Shown: piece by piece, positions 51,836 through 64,000 of the stretch
Layout of the letters: each line of letters begins with the position of its first letter
Numbering within the stretch: the stretch's first letter is position 1
Assembly: GCF_006345805.1 (NCBI RefSeq)
Contig: NC_043005.1
Coordinates: 31,992,001 to 32,056,000, forward strand
Direction of reading: 5' to 3'
Source of the DNA: Octopus sinensis
Lineage: Eukaryota
DNA: 64,000 nt
Notes under the pieces: model-generated
What the model was told of the DNA's origin: nothing
Seen by the model: the letters and a program-made list of their open reading frames with translations, nothing else
Database searches by the model: none
Program-made: the position numbers and the translations under genes

Positions 51836-52621
51836 CAGGGCGTTTGGGCTAAATATGACCATTTTCATAAATGGAAAACTTAATACCCTATCCCAAAATA
51901 AGAATATTTTTAATGATCAAAAAATACCAACTAGATGATGACTGGGAGATAAGTTTAATCAAAGTAGTCACTCTCATCTGCTTTAAGATGGCTTCAGAAT
52001 TTGGCATATGTGTTCTTCACTGTGTCCCTGGGAAAATCTTTGAATACCTCCTTAGTGTTGCAGGCTGAGCAGTTGATGTCTTTCTCAACCACACTCCACA
52101 TATAGTAATCCATGGGATTATAATTGGAGGGAGGGATTATGAGAGGAGAAATTGGGAGCTAGTAAAGTCATAAAAATTCTTCAACAACCACTTGATTTTT
52201 TATTCCAGAAGTATAGCAAGGAGCGAAATCCTGCTGCCACTTGTATGGCCTTCAGCAGCTTCACACAGCCATCTGAATTGAGCCTAAGGCCCCGTTCAAA
52301 GATGTGGGGATGAAGTCTGGCAACCTGATGCAGTCAGAATGGCTGCTGTGACCCCTCTTGCTTGGCCTTGTAGTCACTATTGCAGCTGTCCATGTCACGT
52401 CTTACAGCCATTACAGTGTTCAATGAACATTAAACTGCAGTTTTGATACCTGGTGCAAATCATCAAGAGATAACTCTTTTCCAACATTCAAATGGCTTCC
52501 AGTCCTCTGTGTGAGCTAATTTTTTCTCAACTACAATTTCAATCTTTATACATTCCAATGCCATTGACTGTTCATGAAAAAAGGAGACATGAAAATTGTC
52601 ACATTTAGCCCAAATGCCCTG
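51836..52621 (-). mobile_element. Internally deleted Tc1/maT-like element
   Basis: TIRs CAGGGCGTTTGGGCTAAATATGAC / (rc) CAGGGCATTTGGGCTAAATGTGAC; minus-strand remnants WQQD.APC and NYNPMDYYMWSVVEKDIN. Confidence 0.78.
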
Positions 52622-55600
52622 TATTGTTATAAAAGTTTGTGCATATGTGAAGAATTCAGGAATTTAGCTAGTGGAGGCTAGTTTCAATTTGTAATTAGAA
52701 TTACTTTCTTCAATATGATTTAGAAAAGTTAAAATGTTAAAAGTTCCTATTTTCACAATGTAATTTCAATTTCCTTATCTCTTTGACATGCATATTTTCA
52801 GGATATTCTTTTATTGTTGTAATAATAGTAGATACTGCTTAAATTTTTGGCACAATATACAACTTACATTGAATTCCAAGTTGAATTTATTGGGAGTAGA
52901 TTTCCATTTTCTATAAATCTAAGGTTTCAGTACATTACCATTCAGTATTTGTAAAAGTAGGTGCTCGTAACAAATTGACATAGACTGAAATTACTTTCCA
53001 AATGCTGTGTGTTGTTGAGCAATTTGTAAGTTTGAAACTGCAGTTTTAGTTAGGCTTGGACCTAAAGAAATGTTTTATAGTCTGGAGCAATTTATATAAT
53101 TTATAAACTTTGGAAATTACAAACATCTATATTTTCAATTTTCCTGTAAGAATCACTATAAAATTTTACACCTAATTAAGTTTCTTTAAAAATTTTATTT
53201 TTACTGGCCAAATTACTAATTAAATGCTTAGTTTTTGCAATTTTTCTGTATCTTCTGAGTAATTACATACTTTGTGAATATTCAGACTACTGGACATTTT
53301 TAGTTGGCACTGCTGCTTAGGGTCAAAACAAAAATTGGTCTGTTCCTTGTCTTTTGAGATAGGGTGTGAACTATTTTCAAGTGTGTGTTTAATGAGTTTG
53401 GATTTAGAATTGTTCGTATGATAGGACTTCAACATGTCAATTTATTAGGCTTCAAAAATGGTTCACAATCAAGTTTGCAGCTTAGTTACTATGGCCACTG
53501 TAAAAATACTGCTTTACCAATATTGATATTGTTTTCATTTAAATAAATCAACTATTAACATTGGTTAATCTGCAGACATGACATTGGTTTAATCCCACTT
53601 GCAGTTTCTCCTCCTTTCAGTGCTTTTGTTACAAATTAAATTCTATTTATTGGGGAGGGAAAAAGTTTTTGGTAAAACCATTTGATTAATCATCTGTTTG
53701 GAAGCTGTGTACCTCGACACTGTTATTTCTACTTAAAACTCATCAAAATTTTTCTTGATTCTCAAAGTTTTACTAATTTTCAATTGAGCTAAGCATTTCT
53801 GACAATTTCTTGATTGTATTTGATAGATGATCAAGACAATATTTATTACATAAAGTTGACCAAGGAGGTCAAATGGAAACGTAAAATGGAAAACATGATA
53901 TTGTAATTGTAGAGAATAATCAAATTAGGGTGTGTTAATTTGTGTATCAATTAGAGTATGTTAATATATATGCTTCAAAAAAAAAAAAAAAAAAAACTAA
54001 GAAGCAAGTTTGTATCTATTGACATCAGCATCATTTAGCATCCACTTTTCTATGGGTCAAATGGAATTCATTGAGGTTCTCGAAGTTAGATGTGCTTCCT
54101 CTTGCTAACTTTCACTTATTTCCAAAATAATATTTACTCTTGGTTACCCATTTTCATGGAAGATTGGTAACAACACCACTTGTATATGGTGATGTTCATT
54201 TACAACTATTATGTAATATCAAAACAAAGACCCACAAATACACACACAGCATCACTACTACCACCACCACCATCATCATCATCATCATCCTCTGTCAGTC
54301 CTTGTTGGCATGGTTGGGTGACTCAACAGGATCTAACTAGCTGGAGGATTGAATTGAGCTACACACACAATGGACTATTTTCAGTCTGTCTACCAAATCC
54401 TCTCACAAGGCAAGTGTTGATTAAGTTTAAGAAACTTAGTCAGGTAGTAATCCATTTTTTATGACAAAAGATAAACTAACTTGAAAAATAAAGTTGTTCT
54501 GAGATGTGTATCCCCATCCTATTGATTTAGTGGATAGGGGATGCACAATAATGCCATCAAGCAGAAAGCCCAGGAAATGACACATTCTCTCCTAAGTCAA
54601 CTAGTGTAGAATTTGTATCTGCAAGTTGTTCGAAAAAAATAATATTGGTGTGAGCCTGGTGTAAAGTTAGTGTGAATAAAACCATTTGTGAAATATACAT
54701 TTTGTCTTGACTGTAAAAATATCAAATTAATATGAAAATTCTTTTGGTTTGGCATTTTTGGAAACATATTTGATAAGTTATATTTCTAGTTATTAATTCC
54801 AATGTTGTCTTCATCTTTGAAATGTACTTCACTATCTTATTGTTTTCTCTATAGAAATAGTTTTCTTTTTCAATTCCAAAACTTTTCAGAATTAAATTTT
54901 TATGTTATTATGGATATGTTCCATGACAATTTTGATTTTTAGTCTTTAAACATTAGTACAAGGGTTAGATTCCACAAATGTCTATACTTGACACATTGTT
55001 AGTGGGTATGGCTTTACAGTTTGATTGTTGGGCAAGTTTTCATGCATTAAGCTTCCAGTTTGTTAGTTGTGTTCGTTTAAGATCATGTCTAACTCTTCAA
55101 AAAATTGCCCCCTGCACTTATGTTCTTTAAATTTTTTTGGTTTACTCCCCCATGATATTATAAAATGCTTCTGATTTCAAGCATTAAACTTACATTCATA
55201 ATACTTGATGTTCTTACTTTGTGTTATTTTAGGATTGCTAGTTCTCTTCTTTATAAAATATAGATTCACCATATTTATTGTGCACCACTACCATTTTCTG
55301 CTATTAAATCCAACTACTAAAAGTTTAAATTTAGCAAATAGAGATAACATGCTGAGTTATATCAAGAATGAATAGCAATATAAATAAGTTGTACAAAAAT
55401 AGTCATTTAGACATGTACGTACATACATGGCAACATAATCTCCCCCACTCTCAAGGTATTGGTGTTAATAATATCTAATGGGTAACCTACATTCAAATAC
55501 TAACCACATATAACCCTCAGATATGGTCTGACACCTTTGAAAATTCCACTATGGCTAACTCAATAATTTACATATATCCAACTCATGGAAAATAGATGTA

Positions 55601-56199
55601 GAATGACGATAATAATTTCCTTTTAGTTTTCATTTATTGTTTAGTTATATTTTCTCATATTCCATTAGAATGTTTTAATGGGATGTAGAGTTGCACTGGC
55701 CCTATTGGTTGATTTGCTTTTGTTGTGAGATTATCCTAATAAAATATTAAAATCTCTCTGACAAAGAAAAAAAAATCTTGTGTATTTCTAATCAATATTT
55801 TGGAAATGGTCAAATTGAACTTCTTGCTTCATGTCAGTGTGTTGAAAGAAATTTAAGATTGACATTTCATGTAGTTTTGATTTTGCTTGTAAATCTTGCA
55901 CACTATAAATGTCAAAGACAAGTGTTTCTTAGGAAACAAACCTCTTAGAGTCGATGAGAAAGCCTCAATTGGTCATTCAACCTACTAGAAATACCAGCTA
56001 AATAGACCTTAAATCACACCACACTTTTGTTAAAACTAGGAAGAAACAATGGCTAATGTAATTTTGAGAACATGTTGTCTGAGGCTAACTAACTTAAGGA
56101 AAACAAGGATTTAAAGACCTGGTTAATGAAAACAAATGCTGGAATGTTTGAAGAACCCCCAAATTTCTTAACAGATATGTATGTATGCATGCATGCATA

Positions 56200-56296
56200 G
56201 GCTATAGTAGAAGACACTTGCCCAAGGTGCCATGCAGTGGGACTGAACCTGGAATCATGTGGTTGGTAAGCAAGCTATTTACCACACAGCCACTCC
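56200..56296 (-). mobile_element. Well-preserved tRNA-derived SINE head
   Basis: Minus strand GGAGTGGCTGTGTGG (A-box-like)...GGTTCAGTCCC (B-box-like)...CACCTTGGGCAAGTGTCTTCTACTATAGCC. Confidence 0.75.
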
Positions 56297-56309
56297 TACG
56301 TATGTATGT

Positions 56310-56480
56310 ATAGGAAGAATTAACAAAAGACGAAGGCAGGTGGTGTAGACAACAAACACGTGTATTAGCTTAACACTCAGGAAGTGAAAAGTCCTTAACA
56401 TTTCAAGCCTTCACTCTTACACAGAAAGAAATGGAGAGAGAAAATAAAAAAAATGTGTAGTGGCTAGCGATATATCATAT
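56310..56480 (-). mobile_element. Short repeat with a degenerate minimal-hammerhead-like motif (Penelope pLTR/retrozyme-like)
   Basis: Minus strand ...TGTAAGAG-TGAAGGCT-TGAAATG...; core is damaged; family assignment is inference. Confidence 0.4.
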
Positions 56481-56484
56481 ATAT

Positions 56485-57130
56485 CATCATCATCATTTAC
56501 CATCCGCTTTCCATGCTAGCATGGGTTGGACGGTTTGGCTGAGGGCTGGCTGCACTAGGCTCCAGTCTTGATAAGGCAGAGTTTCTACGGCTGGATGCCC
56601 TTCCTAACGCCAACCACTCCGAGAGTGTAGTGGGTGCTTTTACGTGCCACCGGCACGGGGACCAGTCAGGCGGTACTCACTCGAATCTTTTTATACATGC
56701 CACAAGCACAGGTGCCAGTAAGATGATGCTGGTAACTATCATGCTCGATTGGTGCCTTTTACATGCCACTGGCACGGAAGCTTGGATGGTGCTCTTAGCA
56801 CCCTACTAGCATGGGGCACAAGTGCCAGTAAGGCGACGCTGGTAATGATCACACTCGAATGGTGCCTTTTATGTACCACTGGCACGGAAGCCGGTTAGCC
56901 ACTCTGTCAATTATCACACTCGTATGGTGCTCTTTGCACCCCGCTAGCACGGGTGCCCGTCATTGAATTTCACTTTGATTTTGATTTCACTTGTCTCAAC
57001 AGGTCTTCGCAAGCAGAGTTTAGCGTCCAAAGAAGGAAAAAGTACGCATAAGTGGGCTGGTTACACACCTGGCATAGGCCACAAGGTTATGGTCTCATTT
57101 GGCTTGCCGGGTCTTCTCAAGCACGAAACT
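56485..57130 (+). mobile_element. Long SINE/RTE-tail repeat with internal roughly 120-bp tandem units
   Basis: CATCATCATCATTTA.C.TCCGCTTTCCATGCTAGCATGGGTTGGACGG...GCTGGATGCCCTTCCTAACGCC; repeated GGTGCCTTTTA...CCACTGGCACGGAAGC units at 56690-56950. Confidence 0.7.
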
Positions 57131-58449
57131 ATTTAGTTACAAACTTTTATACATGGCTCCTCTTAGTACAATTAAATGATATAATGATACCTTGTTCAAT
57201 TATTATCAGAATACTTTTCCATTTTTTCAAGTAGAAAGACTCTGTGCTTTTACAAACTTAGGAAAACAAGACAAATATTGACTATGTAGTCACTTATTAG
57301 TAATTTTTAGGTTTCTATTGTTTCTTGTAGTTTTCACCGTTTAATGCTGCTTGATATTTTTGTTTCATTTGTGATTGGCTTAACTTCATACTTTCACCCC
57401 ACTATTTTCTTGACGTCTTCTAGGAAGACTTGGACATCCATTACAAGATGTTCAGTGAAAGAGATTCCCTTGATGAGTATAAAGTTAAGATACACATAAA
57501 TAAGTTCACCATGCCTGCCTGGGAACTTGGAATGTAAGTTCTGGAATAAGTATTGCAACACTTATTAGAACTCTAAGAGTTCTACCAGTCCACATTCCCA
57601 ACTGGTTGATACTTTGTTTTATTGACTTGGAGTGATGAAGAGCAAAGTTAATCTCAGTAGAATTTGAACTCAGAGCACAGACGAAAAGAATATCAAATAA
57701 TTATTTAAAATATAGATAATGAAGCAACTAGCAAAAAAAAAAAATGTATCTGATCATTAGTCCTGCCTGAATATATTATAATTATAGAACATGTATGGTC
57801 ATTATGTAGATTGTGAATAATTAACCTAATTGGTTTCTGTATTGGATGAATACCCAAAGTAACCCTAAAACATTTCTAGTAAATGACTTGTCATAGAAAT
57901 TAAACTTAAATGTTTTGATACATATCAAGTTACGCACACACAAACATAGTGAAGGATGCGAATACTTCAGTAAAAATCTCACATTATTAACCTGAAATAT
58001 CTAGACCTAAGAAAAACAAATATTAAAAAAAAATTTGAAGCATATTCTAGTATTGTTGTGGTTCTAAACACTATATTTGTCAAAAGATTATCAGTCACTA
58101 TATTCCAGCCTTTACCACTGAAGTATGCATTTTCAAAATAGTACAGTAGATTGTTCAGTTCCATTATACAGAGCCATTTTTAGACTGTTTAATTCAAATT
58201 GATTATATGTGATGTTTCATAAATTATTGCTGAAAAAGTTTTTATGAAAAATGTGTTCAGGGATTAGAAATTGGTGCAAAAATAATTGCCATTTTTAAGC
58301 ATCAAATTAGAATATATGTTATTAATTGAAAAAAATAACCATTAGAATCCCCCTTCCCCAACAACAATGCTATTTCAATAGTATTAAATTCTAGAGTCTT
58401 AGACCGGTGTTTTTTTTTGCTGATTGATTCTTGAACATATTTTGCAGGA

Positions 58450-58960
58450 ATTTATCAAAAGGCTTAAAGTACTACTCAGTCTGTAGAGTGAGCTGGAAGA
58501 GATAGTTTCATAATCCTGCTGGACAGTATCGAGGAGAAATTGACATTGTTACTACAGTTTCAGCACATTTTGTTGTTTTTTTGACAATGCTGTGGTGGTT
58601 TCTCCATAATTGTAAAAGTAGAAGTGGATGATTCCATTTGTTGATCATCCCTTTCTTTTGACTCAGCTTCAATTTGGGAAAGTATTTCAGTCCAACTCTA
58701 CATAGAATGCTGTTCTTTGTCATGTTATCACAATGAGAAAAATTATTTGGTATCTGTATAAAGGAAGTGTAGTCGTCATAGTGGCTTTTTTTTTTTTTTT
58801 TTGTGCTGAACTCGTGCAAGATCCATTTGTTGTCCATTTTTGATGTGAATGGCTATAGATTAAGTCTTCTGCAGTCCCTTTGGCTTTGCATGCATTCACT
58901 TCAAACATGGTTCTCAAGTCCCTTGACCTTCCAAAGTCTCTTCTTAAAAATGCTGTTACA
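58450..58960 (-). mobile_element. Mariner transposase fragment
   Basis: Minus-strand KWILHEFS and PKLKLSQKK resemble mariner WVPHEL and PK..LHQKK motifs; frameshifted. Confidence 0.55.
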
Positions 58961-58991
58961 TGAACACTATCATCTCTTTAACAGTCAAATT

Positions 58992-61110
58992 AAAAGGGCC
59001 ACAATCACATACCAATTAATTTCATTAGGTAACGGAAATTTTCAGAATATGAAAGGTTTATGTTAAAAAATGGGTACTACTCAGATATGTCGAGGGGCAC
59101 TAACACTCAAATATAGATATTTACAATGTTTACAAATTGTAAATATATTTCAGAAAAAATTTTAAAATTTCAAATGTAGCATTCCTCTACAAAACTATTT
59201 CCTATAGTTAATGGTAATGAAATTTTGAAAGGATATATATGGGTTAACCCTTTTATTGCAGAAATCAGATAAAACTCAGTCAAATCAGTGAAAACTTATT
59301 CTCAAAATAAACATAATTTTTAAGATAACAAAGAGCACAGTCATTTTTACACTAAATGAGTTAAGGAATTGCACATTCTAGATGATTGTAAGGTAATAAG
59401 ACATGGCAACGATGTTAATATATTATTAATAGGTTTTATGAATAAGTTATGTAGTAAGTTCTGGTTTGTTGTACAAAAATTTTAGTCTTAGTTTATTATT
59501 GGAAATAGACACTTAGAAAACAATGCCATTTCATGACTTAGCACATAAAATGATTGGTGAACTAAATATTGAGTCACCCCTTACATAATGTGGTTTTTTT
59601 CACATACATGAAAAGTTGGAGGGGGATAGGATAAACTACCTGCATCAACTTGCTATAAAACCAAGTAATAATTTTACCTTGTCTTTATTCTTGGTGCAAG
59701 TTTTGAAGAATGCAGTTCGATTTTAAGTTATTTTTTTCAAAGCTATAATGGAAGTGACAAAGGAGTATATTTGGATATTTTGCTTTGAGTCCAATAAAGG
59801 CAACAATGCAATGGAAAGTGTGAAGAATATTAATGTAGAATATGGAGATTGGACAATAAGCATAAGCCAGTGTCAACAGTGGTTCCAGAAATTACAGCCT
59901 TGTCCGGGAAGCTCTGTAGAGCTCAACGAGGATGTCCTGCAAACCCTGGTGAAACAAAATCCCACCATAACTGTTGTGGAGCTTGCTGAGAAGCTTGGAT
60001 TTGGTCATTCATTGACACCTGTGTGCCATCAGAAAAGTAAGCAAATTGGGTCAATGGGTTCCTCACAAACTTACCAAGTCTAATCGCGTGCAGAGAGTGA
60101 ATGTGTGCTCTTCTTTGCTGTCATGTCTACCAAATGAACCTTTTTTGGATCAAATAGTGACAAGAAATGGGTTCTCTATAAAATGAGTAGGGAAAGAAGA
60201 AACTCCAGGCTAAAGGTCTTCACTGATGTAAGGTGTTGTTATCAGTTGGATGGGATATGAAAGGGTTAGTCCACTTTGAACTTGTAAATCCAAACCAAAC
60301 AATAACAAAGGAGATCTAGTGTGAGCAGCTTAGGTCAGTGTTTCAAGAAAAACAACCATCTTTGGTTTCAAGACAGAAGTTGTTCTTCCATCAGGATAAT
60401 GTTCAGCCACATACAGTGAGGATGACATTCCAAAGCCTGGAGTAGTTTGAATGTGAAACAATGCCCCACCCATCATTTTCACCAGTCATTGCTCCGTTTG
60501 ATTATCATTTATTCCACAGTTTTCAAAACCATTGGGATAGAAAATATCAATTCTGTAGATGAGGTCAGAAAAGTCCTGGAGTATTATTTTTTGTCACAAA
60601 CAAGTGAATTTTGGAAGAGGAGCCTTGCAAGTCTACCAGATAGATGGAAGAGCATTGCAGAAAATGGAGAGTATATTTTAGATAAAAAGAGAAAAAAAAA
60701 AAACTTAATTTTGAAAAATAAAAGAAGTATTAAAAAAAAACCCACATTATTTATGGGATGGCCCAACACTTTCAATCTTGAGGGCAGTAAATTTGCCTTT
60801 ATTACTGTGGTAAAATCTTGAAAAAAATTGTTATGGCATGTCTGAAGAGAGGAGTTTTGACGAGCAATTACTGTAGAAGTTACTTTGGTTTACATTGGTT
60901 ACAGATGTTGTTAGGGTAATCTCAATATTTCTGTACTTAATTTAGTTTCTGAAATATATATACAATTTGTAAACATCGTAAATATCTATATTTGATTATT
61001 AGTGCCCCTTGACATATCTGGCTAGTACCTATTTTGTAATATAAACATTTTATATTCTGAAAATTTCCGTTACCTAATGAAATTAATTGGTATGTGATTG
61101 TGGCCCTTTA
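58992..61110. mobile_element. DNA element with long (about 165-bp) imperfect TIRs (foldback/Kolobok-like), hosting a mariner insertion
   Basis: 58992-59156 (AAAGGGCCACAATCACATACCAATTAATTTCATTAGGTAACGGAAATTTTCAGAAT...) is the reverse complement of about 60946-61109. Confidence 0.8.
59569..60766 (+). mobile_element. Decayed near-full-length mariner (about 1.2 kb)
   Basis: TIRs TTGAGTCACCCCTTACATAATGTGG / (rc) TTGGGCCATCCCATAAATAATGTGG; HTH region MEVTKEYIW...KGNNAMESVKNINVEYG...QCQQWFQK, VLLSVGWDMKGLVHFEL, FFHQDNVQPH; many stops. Confidence 0.85.
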
Positions 61111-63049
61111 TATTCAAATCCCTGTAATATATGAGCTCTCTTGGGTTTGTGGCCAGTATTTAAATTTTAACAAGTATTTTTATGTTTCTCTCCCCTATTC
61201 GTAAATTAAGTCTGTATCTGATTTATGTCACTAGTTTCAGTTAACATTATACAGATTTCCATGCTATCCCCCACCTTGTTTTTATCTGTTGGGTATATTG
61301 ATGATTAGTAAATAGCACAGTTTGTTGTCAATACCTCAGTCTGTATATGTGGTGGTGTAAATGGATGAAAGGACACAATAGTCTGTTTTTGTTAAACTAT
61401 ATAAAAGTTATATCTGTTAAAAAAAATATGTGAATTTGGCAAATATTCACATTTTAGAAGCATCAGGTAGATCCTAGCAAAGAAGTTTATAATGTGAAAT
61501 CTATTAAAAGAACATAGTTGTGATGGCTATGTCCAAAGCAATCAGTTGATTCAAGTTTCTTTCTGACACTAATTTATGGAATAAATTTACTTTCGTGAGA
61601 TGATAGCATTATTATTGTGTCAGACAAAATACTTTGTGACATTTCTTCCAGCTCTTTACATTAAATTCTACCTGGGTTGAATTTGCCTCCAATCCTTTTG
61701 GAGCTAATATAATAAAATACCAGTCAAGTGGTTTGATGTAATCAGCTTGCTCTTTCCTTCAAACTTGCTGGCCTTGTGTCAAAATCAGAAACAAAAAATT
61801 TACCGACTTGACTTTTGGGGTTGAAATACCTATTTTATAATAGATGTTTTAATTACAAATTGTATTATTGTCAACATTTCTCTTTATATCTAGAAATGTA
61901 TCATCTAACAATAATTGTAAATTTGTACAGATTGGAATATATTGAACTTTGTTGTTCATCAAATAAAATTTATGGTATTTAGAAATAAAAGAAAAGCATC
62001 TTTGTCTTGAACATTGATAATGTTTTTAAATATTCCCATCTTATATGTATATTTTGTATTCAAGATTAAAGCTAAATCTGATGTACAGGGAATAAATAAT
62101 TTAAAAGAAAAGGGAGCTGCTGTAAAAGTTTGTTAAAAATCATGTCTGTACTTAATCGTAGAGCTGTTTTTGTATCACAGTTTCTATTTTTAATTATCTC
62201 CTATAATTCTGAGGATTAATGTATATTCAACAACAAGCTATTTCTGACACTGACTCTCCCACTTTCCAAAATTGATATTTGTTAAATAGTTTCAATTTTG
62301 ATAGTTTGAGTTTGAAGTTAATTTCTGTTTAGCTAACATAAGGTGAATAGTGTTTGTATTAACTATAATTTACCAAATGGATGTTACATACGTGTGCGTG
62401 TGTTGTTTTTAATGAAAATATATAGAGTTGTGACTTATATCAGATGTTGCTGTAGTAGGTTCTCTTCAGACTTAAGCATCTACTCGTGTTCTAAGAAGAT
62501 CATTTATACAACCTTCCTTTCTTCTATTGACATAGCATTTTATTTCACAGTTAAGCAATCAATAGTAATTAATAAAACTATGTAAATCTACAACCCATTC
62601 AATGACTGATGTCAGCAACTTGTCAGGATTGGGAAAAATTTTAATGTTATTTTCTTTATTGACTCTAAGCAAGTTACAAATTTTCTGTAAATTTATATGA
62701 AATTAATTTCAAAACACACCTAAACTTGGGGCATTTTACAATTGGAGTTTCTAAAACATTTAAAGATATAACACTGGTCATGTCTGATTAAATTACTGGA
62801 ATATTATAGGTTTTAGCAGCTTTGCTAAAAGATGAGCTTAAAATTTTTATTTTTTTAGGAAGTCCTAAAGTACATTCAAGAAAATCTAATTTTTGTTAAT
62901 TAGTTGGCAATAGCTCCATTAATCATTGGTTAACATCCTGAATTATATGCACCACCACCAACTCTGAAACCATTTGTGTCAATTTGATTTGCTCTTTAAA
63001 TCCTCTCTGTGATTGTTAATTAGCATTAAACTCTTACTGATGCCACAAA

Positions 63050-63226
63050 AAGAAGCTCCTCCATAATTGTATAAAGTGGTTGGTAATAGGAAGGGTATCC
63101 AACTGTAGAAATCATGCCAAAGCAGAAATCAATACACAACACAGTAGCCCAGCTCATCAGATCCTGTCACACTGTCTAACCCATCCCTCCATGGAAGATG
63201 GACATTAAATGATGATGATGATGATG
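63050..63226 (+). mobile_element. SINE 3' fragment ending in (GAT)n
   Basis: GGAAGGGTATCCAACTGTAGAAA...CATGGAAGATGGACATTAAATGATGATGATGATGATG tail shared with other copies. Confidence 0.6.
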
Positions 63227-63448
63227 TACACTACTTGAAATACAAAAATCTTACCAGAACTACGGAACAGAATTATTTTGTTAATACTTTATATATTACA
63301 ATATAAAATACTTCATATTTCTGGTGCTCAAGTATTTTTTTTTAAACAAAACATTGCTAGCTCTTCTGTTTCAGTTGAATTATCTTCCTCTTTTTTTTCC
63401 CCCTCATTTTTTTTTTTTCTTTCTTTAACCCCCTCCTCTATTTTAAAG

Positions 63449-63570
63449 CTGGCTGAATCCAAAGTTTTCATTGCTTCGTCTGTGCAGAGTGTCCCACCTA
63501 CTGAACCCTGTGCTGTAGCCCCGTCAGGTTCACCAGCCATGAACGATGCAACTAATACCAGTCTCTCAAG
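63449..63570 (+). CDS. UBAP2L: UBAP2L-like exon 9: LAESKVFIASSVQSVPPTEPCAVAPSGSPAMNDATNTSLS(R)
   Basis: Long pyrimidine tract plus TTTAAAG acceptor, GTAGGC donor at 63571; LxEsKvF-x-AS continues the family motif begun in exon 8. Confidence 0.88.
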
Positions 63571-64000
63571 GTAGGCTAAAAGTTTTAACTTTCCTATAAC
63601 CTCTTTTTTTAAAAAAATTTCTAATAAAACATTGATGCTTTCAGCTTGGCCTCTGCTATTGCTAACCTGTATCATCACAGATTTAACTCCTTCAGTACCA
63701 TCCTAGCTTTTTGCATAGTCCCCACCCCCTTAGAACACTGGGCATCAGTTTGAAAATGGCTGTTTCATGCATGATATGTTGGGTTTTGGTGTGCTACTTC
63801 CAGTTTCTTTGTATTTTTCTCTATTCTATCCTGCAAAAAAATTTTTGATACAGGAATATTTTAACAAGTGTTCATTAAAGAAATTTGATTTCCTAATGAA
63901 TTAGAATTATGAAAATAAGGTTCTTGCACATGGTAAGCCTATGCTTGTGTGTCTATTTAATAATGACTTAAGTGTGGAGGGATGAACTGTGTCTGTGGCC

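Larger units (their letters stand above)
2330..63570 (+). other. UBAP2L: UBAP2/UBAP2L (lingerer) orthologue, 5' part; gene continues past the window end
   Basis: Eight coding exons join in consistent phase (0,0,0,1,2,1,0) through GT-AG junctions into 938 nt with no stop. The product contains PTQEQIRIAQMI, the UBA-like AAVALHDAEFDPEKAVIMLLEG, EWKESGKKKK, RGG repeats and EDWNDDSWTGS-LAESKVFIAS, matching hallmark UBAP2/UBAP2L/lig motifs. Confidence 0.93.

Noticed and set aside
56690-56950. Array-like repeats with variable spacers, superficially CRISPR-like
   Set aside because: The units are degenerate, about 120 bp, and embedded in a SINE-type repeat in an animal intron. There is no constant repeat, no leader and no cas genes.
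12284-63448. Intronic snoRNAs, looked for because vertebrate UBAP2/UBAP2L host SNORD121 and SNORA58 copies
   Set aside because: Many RTGATGA and ANANNA hits, but none with matching D/ACA boxes, terminal stems and a plausible guide by eye. An Infernal/snoscan run is needed to exclude them.
63278-63678. ORFs 63278-63574 (+) and 63328-63678 (-)
   Set aside because: The plus ORF is exon 9 extended into its polypyrimidine tract. The minus ORF is its antisense shadow, with poly-K/E coming from T-runs.

Overview
AT-rich, microsatellite- and SINE-rich animal genomic DNA; the SINE types suggest a cephalopod, probably octopus (inference). No prokaryotic features and no CRISPR array. The window holds the promoter and 5' part of one large + strand gene, a UBAP2/UBAP2L (Drosophila lingerer) orthologue. 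It has a probable non-coding exon 1 ending at 2390 and eight coding exons between 12164 and 63570. These splice in phase through GT-AG junctions into about 312 codons: N-terminal QIRIAQM motif, UBA-like domain, RGG region and the DW..LxEsKvF motif. The gene continues beyond the window. The introns are packed with mobile DNA: several piggyBac elements (two of them nested insertions), a composite Helitron, mariner/Tc1 relics, a hAT MITE, Penelope and RTE relics, and many SINEs. The best leads are: (1) an 800-bp piggyBac nested in a dead full-length piggyBac, carrying an intact 71-aa 'acidic N-terminus + cysteine-rich domain' mini-transposase ORF; (2) candidate unannotated alternative exons in the 25.6-kb intron 8, namely an in-frame 57-nt cassette and a terminal exon followed by about 3.5 kb of TE-free, UTR-like sequence; (3) a candidate spliced uORF whose stop overlaps the main start codon. 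Everything was read by eye. Coordinates of decayed repeats are approximate.
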